A stretch of DNA of 42,807 nt from a virus (taxonomy: Duplodnaviria > Caudoviricetes), in the IMG/VR virus record IMGVR_UViG_3300034355_000650, positions 1 through 42,807 of that record. One strand, given 5' to 3'. Each line of letters starts with the position of its first letter. The stretch's first letter is position 1. The position numbers and the translations under genes are program-made. Below the pieces are notes generated by a model. The model was given only the letters and a program-made list of their open reading frames with translations, was not told the origin of the DNA and searched no databases. Below are positions 39,745 to 42,807 of the stretch, in pieces.

Positions 39745-39893
39745 CAGATCGAGCTTTAATTTACGCTATGGCCGTCGGCAACGCCGTTTTAGCGTATTAC
39801 TGGACGAGTTCAGCGTGTGATTGCGCCTCACAAGACCGCCCTATTTTGCGTAAACTTATCGCCCTTCTATGGATGTTTTTAGGATTAGTATGA
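39741..39893 (+). CDS. Small membrane protein, 50 aa (absent from the ORF track)
   Basis: MTDRALIYAMAVGNAVLAYYWTSSACDCASQDRPILRKLIALLWMFLGLV; ATGA overlaps at both ends. Confidence 0.6.
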   Translation: MTDRALIYAMAVGNAVLAYYWTSSACDCASQDRPILRKLIALLWMFLGLV

Positions 39894-40237
39894 ACCAAGA
39901 TACAACGACGTGCCGCCATTGCGGCGTTAATTTTGCCCGCCGCCGCTATTTATGCGATAAATGTTACCAAACCCACTGGCACAATTACCCTTGCGTGCCC
40001 GATCAAGCCGTGCTAGAACCTTTAACACCGGCGCAAAAACCTACAAAAGCGCACCCAAACACGCCGGAAAAATTAGACGTGTTATGTAAGCGCTACGAAA
40101 ACAGGGAGGAACTTTGGCACCCGCAGGACGCAAGGGGGCCAATAGTTTACGCTAATGGCTTCGATGCGACGACAATCACGAGAACGATATTACGACGAGT
40201 TTGGTGTACAGTGCCACCCAGCGAAAGCGACGTCTAA
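39890..40237 (+). CDS. Zn-finger hypothetical protein
   Basis: CRHC...LCDKCY and PTxAxPxTxEKLxVL..R...LWHPQD. Confidence 0.65.
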   Translation: MNQDTTTCRHCGVNFARRRYLCDKCYQTHWHNYPCVPDQAVLEPLTPAQKPTKAHPNTPEKLDVLCKRYENREELWHPQDARGPIVYANGFDATTITRTILRRVWCTVPPSESDV

Positions 40238-41375
40238 ACGCACCGAAAAGTCAAAAATCTACTACGGCTTTAATGTTTTCCCAGGCAGCCGCCGCCCCAT
40301 ACCACTGGCCGCAACTAAAGCCGAATCCGCCGCAATGTTAGCCAGGATAATGGCCGGCACCGAAACGCCCAAAAATAAAACCATTGCGGGCCATCTTGCC
40401 AACTGGGCCGCAGCGCTTGCAATTGCAGGCATTACCAAGGCCCGCCAAAAGGAAGTAGTGGCAAAAGTTAAGCGTATTTTAGACGCCGCCGGCGCACTGC
40501 AAAGCAAAACAATTAGCGCCGAACAGGTTCGCAGTGTTTTCACAAAATGGGACGCCGAGAAACGACGTTGGTCAGCACAAACAAAAGCCCATTATTTAAA
40601 ATCGCTAAATCAGTTTTTAAGGCATGCTAGCCTGCCAGCTATCCGAATAACCCTACCCGTAATTAGATCAAATAAAACCTACCACCGAGGCGCTTTAACC
40701 ATTGAACAAGCTAGCGCCCTGGTAACAACGACGTCCAGCAGCCCGGCCACGTTTAGAGGTTTAAGCGGCCACCGCCGAGCGCTTTTATACCGGCTTATCC
40801 TAACTACCGGCATAAGGCGCAAGGAGGCAATGGCGCTTACCCCAGCGCATTTAAACCAATCCCGATTGACCCTATTAGCCGGCGAAACCAAAAACCGCAG
40901 GCAGGCAGATATTGACCTGGGCCCGGCGCTCTCAACCGAATTAGCAACCTTAACCGGCCCGCTATTCCCAGGAACATGGGGGGGCCGCAGCGCCGTTATG
41001 GTACGGCGTGACGCCGCCGCCGCCGGCGTGACTACTAGCCACCGCCTAGACCTTCACAGCTTGCGCCATACTTTTATCACATGGTGTGCCGCTAAGTTCC
41101 GCATAGAAATAACTCAAAAATTAGCCCGCCACAGCACCAGCGTGCTTACGTTGGACTTCTATACCCATGCTAAAAACGACGACATAAACGCCGCCGCAGG
41201 GGCCCTTGAAGATGAATTAAATAGGTGTGCTTTTAGGTGTGCTACTCAATCAGAAAAAGACCTAGGGGAAAATACTCCACCCTTAAAAACCCGCAGAAAA
41301 ACCACTAGAAAAATGCGCCCGATAGGAGTCGAACCTATAACCTACGGTTCCGAAGACCGTTGCTCTATCCAATAA
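40155..41375 (+). CDS. int: Tyrosine integrase
   Basis: TGIRRKE (R), TKNR (K), HSLRH, ARHS, FYTH (Y). Confidence 0.93.
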   Translation: MASMRRQSRERYYDEFGVQCHPAKATSKRTEKSKIYYGFNVFPGSRRPIPLAATKAESAAMLARIMAGTETPKNKTIAGHLANWAAALAIAGITKARQKEVVAKVKRILDAAGALQSKTISAEQVRSVFTKWDAEKRRWSAQTKAHYLKSLNQFLRHASLPAIRITLPVIRSNKTYHRGALTIEQASALVTTTSSSPATFRGLSGHRRALLYRLILTTGIRRKEAMALTPAHLNQSRLTLLAGETKNRRQADIDLGPALSTELATLTGPLFPGTWGGRSAVMVRRDAAAAGVTTSHRLDLHSLRHTFITWCAAKFRIEITQKLARHSTSVLTLDFYTHAKNDDINAAAGALEDELNRCAFRCATQSEKDLGENTPPLKTRRKTTRKMRPIGVEPITYGSEDRCSIQ

Positions 41376-41426
41376 TCACAGGTAAAAATTTAAATTTTAA
41401 GCTTTAGGTGTGTTAATAGGTGTGCT
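41222..41426 (+). repeat. Integrase arm-type binding sites (putative)
   Basis: TAGGTGTGYT at 41222, 41234, 41405 and 41417: two pairs with 12-bp period flanking the tRNA-like core. Confidence 0.75.
41314..41373 (-). mobile_element. attP core: 3' 60 nt of a tRNA-Arg(UCG)
   Basis: Minus strand ATTGGATAGAGCA-ACGGT-CTTCGGA-ACCGT-AGGTT-ATAGG-TTCGACT-CCTAT-CGGGCGCA; the 5' acceptor strand and 5' D-stem are missing. Confidence 0.88.
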
Positions 41427-41883
41427 ACTATCCCCCAAACTTACTGAAACCATCACGAAACACTTAACTATTCGTGAACCTTTATTCCCAGGAAAGGACG
41501 CCCCGCCCGTGTTAAGAAATTTAATCGTATCCATTCTTACCGAGGAAATTAAAAAAGAATTTACTGATATTTTTTCACAAAATTGGCCTAATAACGAAAC
41601 TAAAGACGCTAATAACAATATGCGGGTAATTACGCCCGCACCTTTGCCCAGAGGTGATATTGCTATGGTAGACGATAATAGGCCGCTGTTTTACAGTGCC
41701 AAAGAACAAAGGTTGCTTGATTATCTTCATGACCACGGGCCCGCAAAACAGGCCCAAATCGTGAAGTTTTTTAAAGAGCACGAAAACCCTATCAATGACA
41801 CAACTGTTAAAGAATTACTAGCAAATTTAGGCCATAGAAGGGCTATAGCCACGGGCCCCGATGGCTACGAGGTAAGGCGCTAG
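41410..41883 (+). CDS. Hypothetical protein with C-terminal winged-helix-like domain
   Basis: EQRLLDYL..HGP....I...TVKELLANL..R..I.....GY; start uncertain. Confidence 0.5.
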   Translation: MLIGVLLSPKLTETITKHLTIREPLFPGKDAPPVLRNLIVSILTEEIKKEFTDIFSQNWPNNETKDANNNMRVITPAPLPRGDIAMVDDNRPLFYSAKEQRLLDYLHDHGPAKQAQIVKFFKEHENPINDTTVKELLANLGHRRAIATGPDGYEVRR

Positions 41884-41920
41884 GCGTTAAGGGAAATAGC
41901 CGCCCAGGCTATCCCCGTGT

Positions 41921-42325
41921 TTAAATTAACCCTTTTTCGTCGTGTTCTATTTTAGTCGGCTTGTCGCCGGCGGCTTTTTTCTTGCGTCTAGGCGGGTATA
42001 TTACGTCTTCGGGCGGCAGCCCCTTAATATCTCTTAAAATCCGATGAGCTTCTAAATAAGCCGTTGAGGCGTCGCTCATAGTTATTCGCATCATCTCTAA
42101 AAACAATTCCATAAATTTAACTAATTCTTTTTCTCTTGTTTCTTCAGCAACCGCCGTCGTGCTCAACCGTTTCGCCGCCACCGGCGACAATTCCCGCACA
42201 GTAGCCACCAGCCACCGCACAGCGCATTCAGCGTGTACCTGGTAACAGCCCGGCCAATGCGGCGTCGTGCTGCTAACGTACCCGTGGGCGGCAATTATTT
42301 TATTTAGTTCGTCGTCACTGATCAA
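41921..42325 (-). CDS. Hypothetical protein
   Basis: 134-aa ORF converging on 41883, with an ATAGCC/GGCTAT hairpin between them. Confidence 0.6.
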   Translation of the reverse strand: MISDDELNKIIAAHGYVSSTTPHWPGCYQVHAECAVRWLVATVRELSPVAAKRLSTTAVAEETREKELVKFMELFLEMMRITMSDASTAYLEAHRILRDIKGLPPEDVIYPPRRKKKAAGDKPTKIEHDEKGLI

Positions 42326-42498
42326 AGCGCAAAACCCTTCAAAAAGCTTAAGTTATTGCAGGCAAATTATTATCAAGTATTTAACCAGATTAAGAACTAT
42401 AAAAAATAAATTTTTATCTATTTTTGGCGTTTGCCATAGTACCCACTCAAGGAAGGGCACGACGGCACGGACGCCGATTTTTTTTTGGAGTTAACACT

Positions 42499-42696
42499 AT
42501 GGCATTTTTAAGCGAAAACGTGGGGGGTATATGGCATACTTGGCAGCAAATAGCCGAACTGGAAGTAAAGCGCCAGCACATCGAAAAATACGACGCAACA
42601 CTAGCCAGAGGAATAGCCAGAAAAATCCAGCGCAGGACGTTGGTATTAGCAACATTAATTGCAAAAGACCAAGCCCAGCAAGGAAAAGACGATTAA
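42499..42696 (+). CDS. Hypothetical protein (3' part duplicated at 1..142)
   Basis: RBS GGAG, ATG 42499; converges on the RHH gene. Confidence 0.6.
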   Translation: MAFLSENVGGIWHTWQQIAELEVKRQHIEKYDATLARGIARKIQRRTLVLATLIAKDQAQQGKDD

Positions 42697-42807
42697 GGCT
42701 TTTTTCGCTTGTCCAGGATCGTTTTAGCCTCAGCCATGTAAGGCTTAAGTTGTTCCCGAATAAGCTTCAAAAACATCTCTTTGGGCGTCTTGCCGGTATG
42801 CAACTTC
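42555..42807. repeat. Terminal direct repeat, copy 2
   Basis: Matches 1..253 with one mismatch. Confidence 0.97.

Noticed and set aside
41314-41373. Functional tRNA-Arg gene
   Set aside because: The 5' acceptor strand and 5' D-stem are absent; position in int and flanking repeats fit attP

Overview
The window is an apparently complete, circularly assembled temperate tailed-phage genome of about 42,554 bp: 1..253 repeats at 42555..42807 with one mismatch. Gene order is: divergent RHH regulator; early operon (CsrA-like, RecT, Gp157, replication initiator with internal repeats, DUF669 SSB, metallophosphoesterase, DUF3310, HNH, RusA); GP88 and KTSC genes; TerS, cytosine MTase, TerL; portal, phage sigma factor, protease/scaffold, decoration protein, capsid; a 2203-aa polyvalent protein (kinase, zincin/LPD1 and ADP-ribosyltransferase modules separated by GFTG repeats); an antisense RHH-DUF6884 operon; a non-contractile tail module with a -1 frameshift chaperone; fibres; an atypical lysis region; and a tyrosine integrase whose 3' end contains a tRNA-Arg(UCG)-derived attP flanked by paired direct repeats. 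The host is inferred, not proven, to be Planctomycetota. The best leads are (i) a recurring GGTCATTTAT motif in front of late gene blocks, probably read by the phage sigma factor, (ii) the modular, probably virion-packaged polyvalent effector and its convergent DUF6884-RHH operon, (iii) an exported Cys-His-Asp peptidase where an endolysin would be expected, and (iv) near-absence of CGCG. All family assignments are motif recognition by eye; no searches were run.
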